The position numbers and the translations under genes are program-made. 64,000 nucleotides of DNA from Ophelia neglecta (Eukaryota): NCBI GenBank assembly GCA_965285935.1, contig OZ260667.1:20770001-20834000 (forward strand), written 5' to 3'. Shown in pieces: positions 34,801 through 54,020 of this stretch. The notes below the pieces were generated by a model. That model ran no database searches and had not been told where the DNA came from. It worked only from the letters and a program-made list of their open reading frames with translations. How positions within the stretch are numbered: position 1 is the first letter of the stretch; every line of letters starts with the position of its first letter.

Positions 34801-37800
34801 TCAGCAAAGAATATTGGAACACCGCTGAACTCATTTCCCGTTTTTACAAAGAGCACCAAGACGACTGGTCCTGCCGTGGGTGTATGCCGGAAGCCAGCAA
34901 CAAGGACCCACAACGGCCGACCTGACCTGCCCCTGGAAAGACGTCATTTGCCATCTTAGTCTTGATCTATTAGGTCTAATAATAATATCACCGTGAGGTT
35001 TCACTTCGGCAAGATGAGGTTATTATATTTGCAAATCTACTTTCTCCTTGTTCATTACTATCTTCACTTTTTTTAATCATCTTGAGCTACTCTTAATTGC
35101 CGCATATATTTGTGCAGGCTAAGCCTATAAATTTAACCAATTGAAAGAAGATTCCACAGAGAACGCTAGGAACTGTGGGACTATTGAAACTGGTTAACGA
35201 TTGTAAAATCAGTTGAATGGACTCCTATGTCTATAGCCATGCTAATCTAGAGGAATCTTAGGTACAAGTATGGCACTCGTCTACCTTTGAGTAATGTATA
35301 TTTTTTCTTAGACTTTTAAAAGTAGAAAATATAAACCAGGGCCTATATAATTATACAAGTTTCGTCATATTTAGGCCAGGTTGCCATAGTTTCATATTAT
35401 ATGGATGAGCGCCTGGCTTAATAGATAAATAGTGGCCGTGTGCGTGTGACGAACATGTGCTTGTGATGAGAGATGCTCAAATCAGATTGATGGATGTTCT
35501 ATCCACACCCGAGGCACTGACTTCACGCAAGACACTTCTTACATCGAATAGATGCACGCATAAAGAAGATTTGCCTCCACATTACTGTCGATGTGGAGTC
35601 GCTGACACCTAAGATGTGTTACAAAAATCCAAGGAACACCTCTTGTTGGCCATTACAACAGGTCGACGTTTGATATATGGAATGAGCGGACTAATCTAGT
35701 GGTATTGCTTTTATGAGTAGCTGGTTTCGTTTAGTATTCTCTTCTAGAGTGGGGCCTGCCTGGCACGATTCTGTGTTAATCACCCCGTTATAGCCATGTT
35801 CAGGAACATGGACCTGGGAGTTTATACCGTGCTCTGACCGTCAAATGATATATATGCGTATCAAGAATGAAATCGGAGAAGGGCCATTGCTGACATTTTG
35901 AACCCGAAGCTGGAAGCAAGGCTTTCCATTACCAGTAATCTGATTGTCAATCTGGACACATCTCACAGTTTGCTGTACGGACATGGCTCTGTTAGGTAGG
36001 AGCTGCGGGGCTCTGAACAGTACATCTACTCCCCGGGACATGACCTACCCGTATTAAGTAGGCATGCCCACGCACCACTTTTCCTATAATCTCCCATGAG
36101 CCATTGTCTTCAAGTAAGCATTAACAAGATTCTTTAATGCAAAAAATTTATTACTTTCTTCGGGCGACGTCTATGTAAGCATGTGATAATGATGTTATTG
36201 GCTCGTAGATGTATACATGAATTAGTTACATGTAAAAAGTACTGTAAGTCTTCAGCATGATGTTTACGAGAGTGGTGAAAATTCCATGCTTACCTACGTG
36301 TTAGTTACATTAACATATCAGTGGCTATATGTTTCTTGTTTATGCATGGGAAAAACGGAAAAAAAAATAAAAATAAAGACTTAAGTGCATGTGGTTTAGA
36401 TGGCAGGATAAGGCATGGTTTGACAAATCAGTCGAGAGACAGTTAAAGCAGGTTTGGGCTTAAAAAGAGCACTAGCTAAAAATTGGAAAGCTAAATCAAC
36501 TGACAAAATATGGAAAATATGTAAAAGGTTATTATGACGTCATAGAGTATAAAAACCGTAAATTATTTATATTAATTTTGTATAATAACATTGACCTAGA
36601 TGTGACTCACTGGTCCCTATCACGTTTCTCTTTAAATTCCGTTGGTTAGACATTGTCCACCCTGATTAATGTATAATACATTGTCAGTGTACTCCCTTGC
36701 GACGGTCCAGAAGTCTTTTCCGTATGTCATGTCGAGTATGTTTACACGGCCCATCAGTAGCCCGCCTTCTGTGCCATTGAACTCCTATGTAGAAGCGGTT
36801 GTTACATAATGATATCCTTAAAGGATGGCAACGGGTGTTGTGGCAGCTGATTTAGATGTTTAAAACATCAGTCTTATCATGGATAGGCCTATCAGCCGAA
36901 TGAAAAAGACTGTAGTCGCGTTATGTTAGTCAGTGACGGTTGTCCTGGTTCATATTACAATTATGCGAATGCATGGACCGACCCTAGCTTGTTGACGGAA
37001 TAAACATTTGATCTGTATCATGAACATTCAATTTTATAAGAACGAATGTGTTTGTTAAGTAGAACAGTTCAGGTGAATCCTGCACACTACACTAATGTTT
37101 TCACCGTTATTTCGTAGCTATACACATTCTATCATTTTAGCTTCTATTTGTCAGTCTACCTGTCATTTTACAATGACACACTTTTATGTTCATGAAGTGA
37201 AGTGGAATGCTTTATGAACCACTCGATTGTTCATCTGTTCAGTTCAGGTTCACAAGCAACGCAGTTCATTACAAAAAAGTTCGTGGGCATTCTCATATAT
37301 AAATCAATACATGACATTTGCTATGTGAAAAGGTAATACTCTGTTTGTTAAAAACAAATAGCTTCTATTATATAATTTTAGTCCTTTTGTTAACTTTGTA
37401 TGAAATCTTAGAATGTCTTTGAGCAAAAATCTAATGAACTGTGCTGTTTTGGCTTTAAAATTATAGATAAATTACATTTATATAATGAATAAAACTTTAA
37501 GTATTTGATAATCTCAATATAGTGCAAAACTTTGTTACAAATATAATTAATCTTTGGATGGCTGACGTCTATTTCTAACTAGCTTTAGGCATTTTAACTT
37601 GTTATTTAAATCATGGAGCTAACGTTCGCCAGTGTAGGACATCAGCAAATCAAAACTTAGGCGGTTTTATGTTGAATGTCTGTGCCTTTGTCTGTTTTCT
37701 ATTGGACACAATCCTATCCCTCTGGAGGCGATAGTTAATTGACCCACATTTCAGACGCATACTCCTGCCTCGGAGGAGGATATTTTGCCGCAGGTAGTAT

Positions 37801-40800
37801 TTAGTCAAACGAGTGCTGTCGTATACCATCTGTAGCTCTCTACATGAGTGTAGGTGACTAATCTGTTAATGGGTCGGGCAAGTTCCGGGTACCATAGCAG
37901 AGCTTAGTGTAATTAATAGAGTGTAAAGTGCGATGCTGCTCACTTGCTCAAATCCTTCTATAGGTCAAGTCAGGCGAACCACCCTGAAGTATAAATGCGG
38001 ATAGGTGGAAAGCTGACTGCACTTTAGATCAAACTGTGAAACTGACTAAATTGTTGTTACTAGCCCATAGTTGGGATTGTGAAAACAAGTCTTTAAAGAT
38101 TGTCTTCTATTTTGCAAAAGGCTATTCGTGCAATCTCCCCTCGCATGCCTGATGCCCCTTTAAAATAAAACTAGGTACTTGGTTGTTTGTAATTATTGAT
38201 GATAATGTCGGATAAACTTTTTACCACTGGACCTCTGTTTCATTTTTAATTATGTTCTGGGTTTTTTTGCGATCAATCTTGGAGATTTGTAGTTGGCTGC
38301 GTACGGATACTTTTATATTTGCATACATAGGTGTATTTGTTAATTTCGTCAGACGAGCCCAGAATGCCATGTTTTAATTAAAGCCGCTATTGTTTTCATG
38401 TTAAGCAGCCTCTGTCTCAGATAACCTGCCTCACACATGCCACGCACAGTGCCAGGTGGCCATGATTTAAATGTCAGTTACCAGTATTTAATGTAAGAAG
38501 GCAAGGACAGATTTGGAGGGTGAGGGTCTTCAAAATCAGAGGTTAGCCTCCCCCTCCCCCCTCCCCCGAGCTCCCTTTGGATAATTCCATGTATATTTAC
38601 ATGTATATATGGACTTGTATCCTCCCACGCGCTCCTTGATAACCGACTATTCGTCTCGAACACCACACCCCATCTGCTGGTAGTATTCACACAACGAGTT
38701 AACCATGATTCCGGACAGTATACCTATAGCCACAGGTTAAGGATGCCAGGGCAATTCCTGATATACTCTATAGAAAATCCAATGACTCATTGTCTTCTAC
38801 TTTTTAAATCACCAAAGCTGCTTTATATAAAAAGTAATAACGCTGAGATACGTCATAAAATCATAATACTTAGGATACAAATCGACGAAAAATCTGTTTC
38901 ATTTTGGGTTCGATCTGATGGTAAGACTTTTCATGATTTCACCCACCAAAAAATGACGTCTAACATGATGATCTCACATGCACTTTATACACCGAGTGAT
39001 GATAGCTTTGGACATTAGGTCATTTGTATCAGGCAGAGAAGAATCAACGGCATTTAAGTAGCTAGTACCGAACAAGTGTATTTAATTACTTATATACATA
39101 TTACCAGAACCGTAATACACCCCCCCCCCCCAAACACACACACACACACACGCAAATACCCAAAGCATCCCCCTAATAAGTTTTATCGATAAGTTTTTGT
39201 CACGTTCATTGAGGCCATATTGTGACATTCATGCTTAGTCGACAAAATATTTGTTATAAGGAAAACCACTTTCGTCCTTCCTCGTGGGAATTTTTTTTAG
39301 ACGCTTCGCCAATTTCCCTCAAATGATATCTATGAAATACGAGCGGCATTTATCCGTATTAAAAGTGTATGTAGATAGTTTGCAGAGGTCGTGTGATGCA
39401 CCGGCTTGACAAAATAATCTTAAATCATTTCTGATAAACATTCATCAGAGGTGGTATAATAAACCACGCACCATTAGGTAACTGTGAGGATGGGTAGGTA
39501 ATGCTGAATGATTTTGAGAGACAAAATTAAAGTTTATTTTTTATAGTGTGAAAGAAAAAGTAAATTTCCCTACCGCAGAAGAAAAAGAACGATGGGATTG
39601 CACTTTGGGTAAAAAGTTTAAGCCTGGCATGAATCAGATATCACAAAGGCAAACGTGAACTTCTAATAACTTGCAATTCTTATAGTTGATAACCATGCAG
39701 AGATATAATGGGTTTGGCCCTCGGTCGTTGGGCATTTAATATCACGCTGTCTTCCGTTTCGAACCCGGAACGTAAGGTTCCATTAATGTCTTGACGACAT
39801 CATCTGTTGCTGGGAGGATAGGCAGTGCTCACATCACGATAATCCAATTTTCTTCGCTATGTGGCTGCAATTCAATATATAGTTTATTAAGTGTGATATT
39901 ATGAAACCCTTGTGGCGCGACCCAGAAGTCGTGCTCGAGTCCGAGGCGTCTACTGGCCGGAAGGGCCCCCGGGGAGCCAGTACACGGGCACTTAAAGAGC
40001 ATTATCCCCAAACAGTCGAGGGAGTAGAGGTGGAAAATATGCCAAGAACCTGTTACTGATGGGCGTCTGGCCGTAAAGGAAATAATAACAGCTCGTTTTA
40101 TGTACAGTCTCAGGGGCCGGGCACACATGAAATACAGAACGAATATGCCTTGTACAACAGACCCCTCTAAATGAAAAGCTTTTGAATATTAGCAACTAGC
40201 AGATACACGTAGATATCACAAGTTCTAAGGTTAATTTGCCTACCCCCTTCCCGCCATACTAAATTAACCGAACGTATTAGATAATATTATATGTCATGTA
40301 CGGTCGTATTCCTAGTTATAACAGAACACCATAGGACTTGATCCTTATTTGTTTTATTTGTTCACTACATTATCCGACATGCTATTTTTTTTACATTGCC
40401 TGCTGATTTTGGCAATCATCGTAAAGCATGGACGAGTCTCTGAGTGTAGTCTCACCACGGTACCTTACCTTTAACCCCATTACATGCATGCAAACAAAGA
40501 GAACATTTGCCATGTGTTCGCCTACTCTCATTCTTTTTATTGTTAAAACAACTCTTTTTTGCATAATATACATAGATAAAAGTACTGCTTTCTGTTCTCA
40601 TATATATATATAACCCTGACATCATTGGTTCGAATTGATATATACAACATTTTGGGACCTTTCCTATTTTAGTTGTGCTATTTCCTCGCATATTATTCAT
40701 CATACCCAAAAAATGCCAAGAAAGGGGAGAATTGATAAATATCAAAAATAGAGAGTCTTAAAAATGTGTTTTGCATACACCAAACAAGTGAATATTTTTT

Positions 40801-43800
40801 TATGTGCGTGTATATTGGCAGAGGTTACTAGGTCTTTATTTATAACCTTAGGCCAGTTTTGTCAACCCCTGTACCGTCGTTAGGGCTTTGTCGTTTCTCG
40901 TTTGATCGATCGCTTTACATTTTTAAAAACGGGTGAATGTCAATGTTAATGTTGGTGTCAAAATATTTTCAGCTCTTCTTCCACTTCTGGGAAATTTGTT
41001 TTCTTTTTATCCTGTGCTAACATTGGGTCATCACCCAATGACACTTTTTTCCGGCAATTTCTGTGCGAGCAGTCCTGCTTTAGACATTCTGCACGCCCTC
41101 TGTGATCAGATAGAGGTTTCATAGCTCTGTAGACACCTGTCCTCTCGTGCCCTATGGGCGTATCGCCATGTGTCTTGTGTGGTATCCCTCCAGCGAGTGG
41201 CTCTGGGAGTCAGTCCTCAAGGGGCTAGTTACGAATTGGGCCTATCTACTCACTAAGAACGAGGATGTCACGTGGGTATTGTGTGCTCCAGGAGATAAGA
41301 CCAACACTCAATCATAATAAAGGGCACTTATTACGTAGCAACACATAATAATGCATTTCGCGCAGACGATCAGTATTATTTAGTCAGATATGACACTATG
41401 ATTTTCAACATTGATGTAGGCTAATGTAATTGCTAAGGTTCACGAAGACAATATAACCAGCACCCTTATAGTTAAATATAGGCTGTACAAGAGTTGTAAT
41501 GTATATTACCCCGCTGATGTATATGTTCAAAAGAGTAAATAGCCGATAATGTGTTTTCGTTTTCAAAGGATACATATTCGCTTTTGTGTCCATAAATATC
41601 GAGGGAATCTTTACTAACACTTACATCCTCCATAAACACAGTTGAAAACGACATTTACCGAAGGTTGCAGCCTCGGGCACAATAATTGCACGACATGAAC
41701 ATAGCTCTCTAATTTGTTTGAGAACTAATATCCTGTCTACTTTGTATAAAGCTACATCGGAGCAAATCAATCAATCATACCAATGTGATTTGTGAAGGCT
41801 TATTATCGTACTGGTCTCGGGTCGGACCATCTCATTGTGGACAGCCTCTTGGGGGACTCCTGGCCTGAAGAAACCCATCTCCACTCACCCCGCCGACCCC
41901 GACCTGCTTCGCTCCATCAGGGAAGCACGCGGTCTTATGTTGTAGGGATATTGGTCAAAGCCCATCAAATGTGTGATTCTAACAATTTGCTTATAACTAC
42001 CATAATTATTATATTATGTTGCTCCAAATTCATCCCATTAATCAGTATATAGAGATAACACAAAATAATCTACTGTAATAATGACAAGCACTTGCGTAAA
42101 CTTTGCTAATATTTTAAGCCGATTAAGTTTCTCTGCCAATTATAACAACATTCACATGTATGATTTGGAATTGGTCAAGTTTGGAAATAGTTTAGTATGA
42201 AGGACGTTCTTAAATACTCAGCTCATACGGATTGGAACCAAAATGTCGTACCAAATTCACATAGGTTGAATTAAGCCTAAACACATTTATATTGTATAAT
42301 GGATCTTTGATAACGCCCCTGTACTTAACTGTATAGCCACGCAAAACGTTGCTTTTGGGTGTAATGTGCTCGTTTGCGTTTTTTTGGATAGAATTGTTAA
42401 ACCCGAACTACAATTTAATCGCAGACATATTCCATCTGAAACATGATTAACACAATTGGTTAAAACAACAACTGTGTTACTATAAGACTATACACATTGA
42501 GTGTACTGAGTCTAGAATTAAACTGAGCTTTTTAGTAAATCGTTTTTGATGTACAGCACGTTCCTTAATGCATTACTCGTCCATAGCTCTACCTAACAGA
42601 GGGCCAAAGATTCGGGCTCGTTTATCGGTTGTTTCTGGAAATATGATGCTTTCTTTTATTACAAATAGTGGGACAGGTTAGTCTTAAACGTGGATATCGC
42701 CATGGTGGGGCGGAGTGTGTCTTAGACTAGTGATAGGCAGTTCTCAAACTGGCATGCGTTATAAACCGTTAGACAACATGTCATGCATTTTGGAGGGAAG
42801 GAGATTGTTTATGCCAAAGTTTGCTATTTTTTTTAACTTATTTGTAATATTGTCACTTCAAAATAATCTTGAAGGACCCCCCTCCCCCACCCACAGTTTT
42901 CTAATGGTGCGTCCCTAATACTTAGTGCGGAATACCAACAAGACATATTGGTTTACATTTGAAAAAAATAAGGAAAGCTTGACTTTCACTTTCCCCACAA
43001 TGCACGGGGTTATTTGTGGGAGAGATAAACAAACAGTTTTATCCTGGTACATGCATGATGAACTTTGCAAAATTGATTCATAGTAAACACAACAAATATG
43101 AACAGTCTATCAGCTATTATCTGACAGTGCCCTTGACCTAAATTAACGATATGCATATGTTCCTCTTCATTCTTTATGGTCGCATAATTCCTCATTGGAA
43201 ATTATGGTTCTGGCTCCTTAGCGTAATGGGGGTGAATGGGTCTTTAACCGCTGTGCCTTTCAGTATACAATTGATATATATCAATTTGATATATAAATCA
43301 AGTTAAGTTTTTGTATTTCTTATACGGATCCTAAGTACTAATCATTTATTATTTATAGAATATATATAACTCGTTGCCAAGGTATTGTCTGTAGTCTACT
43401 CTCAAAGACATAAATTTGTCAGAGCTGGCCATTGTGTGACATTATATTCCTGACAAAAGCACTAAAATATTATCCCAAGTGGCGACCCAATCCACTTACT
43501 GCCTTTTGACATTATCTTTCTCACATTTCTAAAGCTACCCGCAGTTCAACCACCCTTGATTCATCTACCTTGATTTCTGTGACAGGTGCATTTTGTGGAG
43601 ATCCAAGTTGAAAAGCCCACAGAGCCCATTAAAGACTAGTTGATGACCACCGCCTGGGTCTTTATGTGTGATAACCTGCAGAGGCATTGTTCAATACAAC
43701 CATTCTATGGGAATTACCCTACTCCCTGTGTTTCTAATACATTGGCGGGATGTTGGCTATTTAGTTAGTTGCTTGGCTTGGGTATCTCAGTGATGCAGTG

Positions 43801-44747
43801 ATGCCATCTTGCGAATAAAGAGGACGAAATGAGCAGTTCTAAATGGAATCTCGAAGGTCCATTGTTGGAAGTTTATGTTCAAAATTTACTTCGAATCTTC
43901 ACGTAGAAAGCTGAAATCTTCTTTAATAAACCTCGATATATTTGTTTACCTGCTTCCCCATTCACCGCCAGGGTAAACAACAGTATAAACAGGCATTTGT
44001 CTAATATTGTGTTTCAAGAGGCTCTATAATAGCGCCTTCCTGTTCATGATAAGTATTTACAATGGCACTGCATGCTGTAACATTTTGGTCAAACAATGTT
44101 TATTTAAATGCTTTAGAAACCGCATACTAAATCGTTTTCTTCTGTTACAGTTTGGAAGAAGTCATGCCAGGGATTGTTTGCTTTCGGAATCGTGATCATT
44201 TTGGCCGCATTGCCTATCGGATGTGCTAACCTGTGCTGCGGGTCCTTCACTATTACCAGAGTCATCGGAGTCCTTCTCCTCATCTCATGTACGTCAGGAA
44301 AAACAACCTTTATATCCCAATCGGCATGTCCAAATTAACTATATATAAGTTTTAATGAATTCATTTTCATTCTACTTTTGATTTTCAATAATAACCCTTA
44401 TTGTTACATTTTCAATCCATCTTATTTAGACGATAGGCCTTGTTCAGAATTCCTGCGTACAGTTAAAGTTGTTGTGGTTTTGGCCTGTCGACGATGTGGC
44501 CCATGTTTTCTCATATTATCTCCCGTCTTTTACAGTCGTTCTGGTCGGCACGGCTATAGGTCTGTTTGGTGGGATGTCTCATGAGAAGCAAGGCGTGTCG
44601 GTGAACAGCGCTCACATGTCCTTTAACTGGGGTTATTACGTGGGAATAGCCGGTGTCTGTTTGGAGCTGCTCGCTGCCATCTTTTATCTGTTCGAGGGAT
44701 GCCGAGATCGCAGTCATGATGGCTACTCCAGGGGTGACGTGGTTTGA
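16833..44747 (+). CDS. Claudin/PMP22-family tetraspan membrane protein, 3 exons, 194 aa, with a 27-kb first intron
   Basis: Exons 16833-17067 (donor CAG|GTAAGT), 44151-44288 (acceptor tctgttacag), 44536-44747 (acceptor ttttacag) give a clean 585-nt frame. PFW...EGLWGRC...GC motif, four TM segments, FNWGYYVG before TM4. Same intron positions and phases (1,1) as the claudin-like gene at 1299-6085. Confidence 0.85.
24964..26454 (+). mobile_element. Internally deleted hAT-superfamily DNA transposon (ZNF862-like transposase C-terminus) with TIRs and 5-bp TSD
   Basis: Left end CAGGGCACGAA (24964), right end TTCATGCCCTG (to 26454), both flanked by CTATG; repeated subterminal GGGCAAG motifs. hAT dimerisation motif NVLAMVDLILAIPSSSAEAERG/FNFMKIVKNDFRSCL...FDPAPAVHLW carries one stop and one frameshift. 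Confidence 0.88.
28161..28385. repeat. Minisatellite, 9 copies of a 25-bp unit GTCGTTATCGCCCGTGTTAGCTGCG
   Basis: Direct tandem copies with an exact 25-nt period. Confidence 0.95.
29083..30050. repeat. Composite minisatellite of a 19-bp unit (CCTCGCTCATCTGACYAGG) and an 18-bp unit (ACATTGTCTGGTGTTATC), periods 56 and 37 bp
   Basis: About 19 copies of the 18-mer, each preceded by one or two 19-mers; degenerates toward the right end. Confidence 0.95.
34224..34363. repeat. Fold-back inverted repeat (~57-bp arms, ~13-nt loop), probable palindromic MITE
   Basis: gactgagccttgctcgtactaagaaaaagaa...gttgttctttatttttatc pairs with gataaaaataaagaacaac...ttcttctttttagtacgagcaaggtccagtc. Confidence 0.75.
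39900..40095 (+). mobile_element. Possible SINE core/3' fragment with stem-loops
   Basis: GC-rich island with hairpins and the motifs gggcacttaaagagc and gggcgtctggccgtaaa, reminiscent of invertebrate SINE cores/tails, followed by a short aataataa tail; recognised from memory only. Confidence 0.3.
42870..42920. mobile_element. Possible Harbinger-type MITE terminus
   Basis: ccccctcccccacccacagttttctaatggtgcgtccctaa resembles the (t)tagggacgcaccattagaaaa TIR type followed by TAA; partner end not seen. Confidence 0.3.
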
Positions 44748-47700
44748 AAGGCGCATACGTCATAAAAGGGGCGTCTAATGACCAATCAACATCGGAGCTG
44801 AGGAATTAACAAATTGAAAAGACGAAAAAAACAAAGAATTAACAAAAAAAGCCACGCTAAGCAAGCCTATGTTCCAACATGAGAAGAATTTGAAACGTTT
44901 AGAATAATAATTATGGACAGTCAGAATTTGTAGAAAAGAAACCGGATTGATTTAATAGATATAGGCCATTTGGATAAAAGCGACTAGAAAACGCGACGGC
45001 TTGTTTAACTTTTTTTTTTAATCTGGAAGAGACGTTTGTGTTGTTATAAGAGTTATTTAACTTAAAATGCCCGACGCTACCTTGCGTGATTTGGAGCTGA
45101 CGCAGTGTGGTTGTTTTGACATTGTATGCCATTTTTTCTGAAGTGAGATTATTTTCGCTAGTTATATTAGTGTGCGAGGTTGAATCTTTATTCACCGGTC
45201 TGACCTCTTAGTTTGTGTCCTGGACACATGTGCCAAGATCCACACCCCTGCTTTTATATGACCGCCCGCGAGTTTTTTTCATCATATTAATCCGTCGAAC
45301 GTGGACCACCCCTAGGAAGGCATTTGACCGCGGTTTGACATTCCAGGACTATAATTCCTGTCAGCATCTCCCAGCGTTTGAGAGAAGTCAACGGAGTCTG
45401 GGCAATTATATATATCACTGTACGGCAGCACCATCTGGCGAGGGCAAGAAAATCATGTCTTGCCCAATGAGTCTTTCAAGAACATTGGCGTCGAAAAGAA
45501 ATCCCAGTTTAAAGTGACCCCATCAGCTTGTTAGGCATGCCTTTGGGGTCTCTTTTCAAGTGGGATTGCAATGCCGATCCTCAGACTCTAGATTCATTTC
45601 CTGTGCGATCAGATGGGACAGAGAGCCCGAATTAAGTGGCTTTTTCATGTAATCGAAATGTGTTAATTGTCATGTTTTTACAATGTTGTTCTTCTTAGCA
45701 TAAAACACCTGCCTTCGGCTCTCTCACGCATCTTTGTATACAACTTCCTTTCTGGTCCCCTTAAAATAGTATTTTAAATCAAATAGACTGAATAGATAAA
45801 ATATATTACGGTTGTATTAGTATACGGTGTGCCTTAGCAGATATTCTGATAACTAAGGGCAGCACCCAAGACTGTGGTTCTCCTTATTGAATTCGCCTTT
45901 GTAGCCGACCACGTTGTAGACAGGTGATGGCATATAATTCCCCCTTAATGGATAAGGAAGTGGTCACGCGTCACGTGGTTGTGCCAACATACGTAATGCC
46001 ACCCCTGGTTAATAATAACACAACGATGCGTGGTATTGTTGTTTAAATGTAAAACAACATACACAAAAGCCCAACAGCACATTTCCCATTTAATGTCAAC
46101 TATGCAATTGGAGGTGACATTTTGGAGTTTTCAGCAGATAGAGAATTAGTGTAAAATCATTTAGCGGACACAAACCAGTCTAAAGAAATTTGTCTGCTAA
46201 GTAGGTTGACTCAGTCTTTCCACCTCAGGATTCGTAGTAGAGATACTAGTTCATCTCGCATGTCATTTCAGATTACATAAGGCTGAAACCAAATCCATAA
46301 ACTTCATGAAAAGCATTTATGACCGAACAACTACATATATATTAACATTGACGTACCTTGTTTGGCTTGCTAGAGGAATAATAGATCACTCTCTTTTGTC
46401 CTCAATAAAAAGAGAAATAGTTCCTCTATTAACCATAATGTCATTATAACGATTTGTTGATGTTGTACATTAAGTAGATTGTATATGTTAAAATGATATC
46501 ATTGAGAATCGCATACACGCGTTTGATAAACGTACATATATCGTCACCAGTTTTGTAAATGCTTCGTGTGCAAGGTTTATTGATGAACCGCGTGGTAAAA
46601 GTTGATTAGTTTGAATTGAGAATAATCATTTTGATTCAAACAATTTGGTATCTATGTGGTTCTCGGGCGCCAGAGCTCCCCTGTGTTCTTTTGAGAGACT
46701 GGTTGTTTCCTCTATTAAGAGCAAGGTGCGTGTTTTTAAACCTTTCTCGTAAGAACATGCCCGCGGAGGAGAGAAACAGCTTGGGACCAAAATATAGGTG
46801 CATTGTCGAATATAACGTAGATAAGAGCTAGCCCAAAATGCATCTAAATCCGAGAAGCCATTCTAAAACACCCGTGATTGTTCTTCGCGCGTTTCTATAC
46901 ATGACCGTGTATAAAAAATATTCATATTTGGTAAAGTGAAAACTGCCTTGACTTTGTCGGTTTGCTTCTGTTTGTTGTATACTGCCTTCAGAATTGGAGA
47001 TCCTTAACATTATTCATAGGCACTAAAGTTATTTTAAAAACCAGGTACTCCACAACTGTCTTTTCGCCATAAACGAACGTTATAACCGGAAGTTGATTAA
47101 GTCGGAATTTGAGGCTTCCGGCCCTTCAAAGAACGGACGGACCAATTGACATCTTCTAGACCAAGACACTTATGGTGGCCGCATCTTTAAAATAATTAAA
47201 ACTATGTTAAAATCTAACATTTCTACACACCAACAATAATATTCATATTTGATAATAATAATAATGATAATATTTTATTTGAATTTGTAACCATATATTT
47301 CAGACAGATATTACATATGAAACATTTGTATACCAAGTTACCTCTCCTTCATTCCATTCTCCTTTTACATACACTAACACTGATAAACAGGTGGATCAAT
47401 ATATTAAACTTCATCTCATATACACATGTTGACATAATGGGTAAATGCTTTTTTATATTAATGTTGTGATGTGTGTACATTTTCTCTGGTTGTGCATTCG
47501 TTGAGTGATGTTTTGTTTAGTGGTATATTAACTGACTGCTGCTTAATAAATGTTTACACAGGCAACGTTTTTGAAGGCATGTAACTTTCGGTGTTCATAT
47601 TTAAATGCGGTATAAATTTATTTTGAACATTTGATATTAGAGAGGTTGTAAAATTGTTATATACTGTATGTTTGCATATTTTTAACCGTCTCTGACGATT

Positions 47701-49106
47701 TCTGCCTATTTTTTATAAATAGTTTTTGAGTAATAGCAAGGATTAATATTATTTTGTTTGATTACTGATATACTTGTAACAAATTTAGCCCAAAACAAAC
47801 CGGTAATACACTACTTCGCTACGTGCACAGTGTGCGTTTACTGCGGAATAGGTATATTATATATAGCCGAATAGAAACTACTACAGAAATTTAAAGGTTG
47901 TGATAATGTTAATGTTAATTTATAGAGATGAAATAACAGTTCTCACATACCTGCTAGTTATTTTCATGTGTATACAATTTTTTAAGCAGCTTTTAAAATC
48001 ATGGACAATGGACCGACATATACTTGATTTCCAATTGATCACCGACCATTGGGCATTTCTATGAGTTTCTGTTATCACTTCAAATAATTAGAAGTACTTT
48101 ATGGGTATAATTAGAATGATATTAAGCTATTTAGATCTTTTGTGCTGAAAAATCTCTGCAGCTTACCCATGTATGATACTTGAGTTATACTTCTCACCTC
48201 GACGTGCTGAATTCAGTGTTTAACGCACGGTTTTTGTATTTACCTGTAGATTTGCTCTTGTAATAAATGTGTGGCATATAAACATTCAGCGCTAGTTTGT
48301 TTTTAAATATAAGTTTAACTAGTCTTCTTCTTCTACTTACTACTAGAGCAAAGTCAATACAGCGGACGGAATTATTGTCAACAGCTTAATCCTGATTGAT
48401 AGACCACCTCAGGAGGAAACAGTCCAGAAGATGAGCATAAATATATATTGTCAAATAACAGTTCATTTTTATCCCAAGAAACTAGTATAAGTTCAGACGT
48501 TATTGTTGATGGTTAACCTCCATTGCTTTTGACAGAAGTGATCTTTGGATTTCGATATATTTACTGAATTATGAAAGTAGGAGACACCAACATAATTATC
48601 GACAAAGAAACAAAAGCTACATTTGCATAATAAGTACACTTTTATATTTAAATACAGCAAACATGTTGATTCTTAAGGGACCCACCCACCTTATGTGTTT
48701 TAATCAAAGTGGTGAAATTAGATGTTACTCGGTAAATTGTTACTTCTCATGTTGATTTTTGAAACACATTTATCTTCAGCCTTGAGAATACAAATAGGCC
48801 TACATCTTGCAATAAGTTGGTTATAAATTGACACTTGTCGTAAAATATAGCGTTTCATTGCTTAGTCGTGTGCACCAATTGTGCACTAAATTATCTGATG
48901 CCTCGCAATAGTAACTACAAACGTCAAAACCAAAAATCACAAGTCAGATGACAACCATTCATAAAACAATTATTAATTCAATTCAATTTATTTGTAAATG
49001 AATAGGCTAGTTACTTTTCTTGTTGATAAAAGGCCTTTAAATGTTTTATTTTAAAGAGATAGATAAGGCACGACTCTATAGATTTTTATGCTTCCTATAA
49101 GCTGTA

Positions 49107-54020
<4,914 letters not shown>

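Noticed and set aside
39429-39450. Hammerhead-like CUGAUGA...GAAA on the minus strand (similar words at ~1385 and ~19692)
   Set aside because: No proper stem II with a closing G-C pair and no stems I/III found.
47080-47190. ETS-like (CCGGAAGT) and YY1-like words suggesting a promoter between the claudin and CYP 3' ends
   Set aside because: No associated exon or ORF found; both flanking genes end here.
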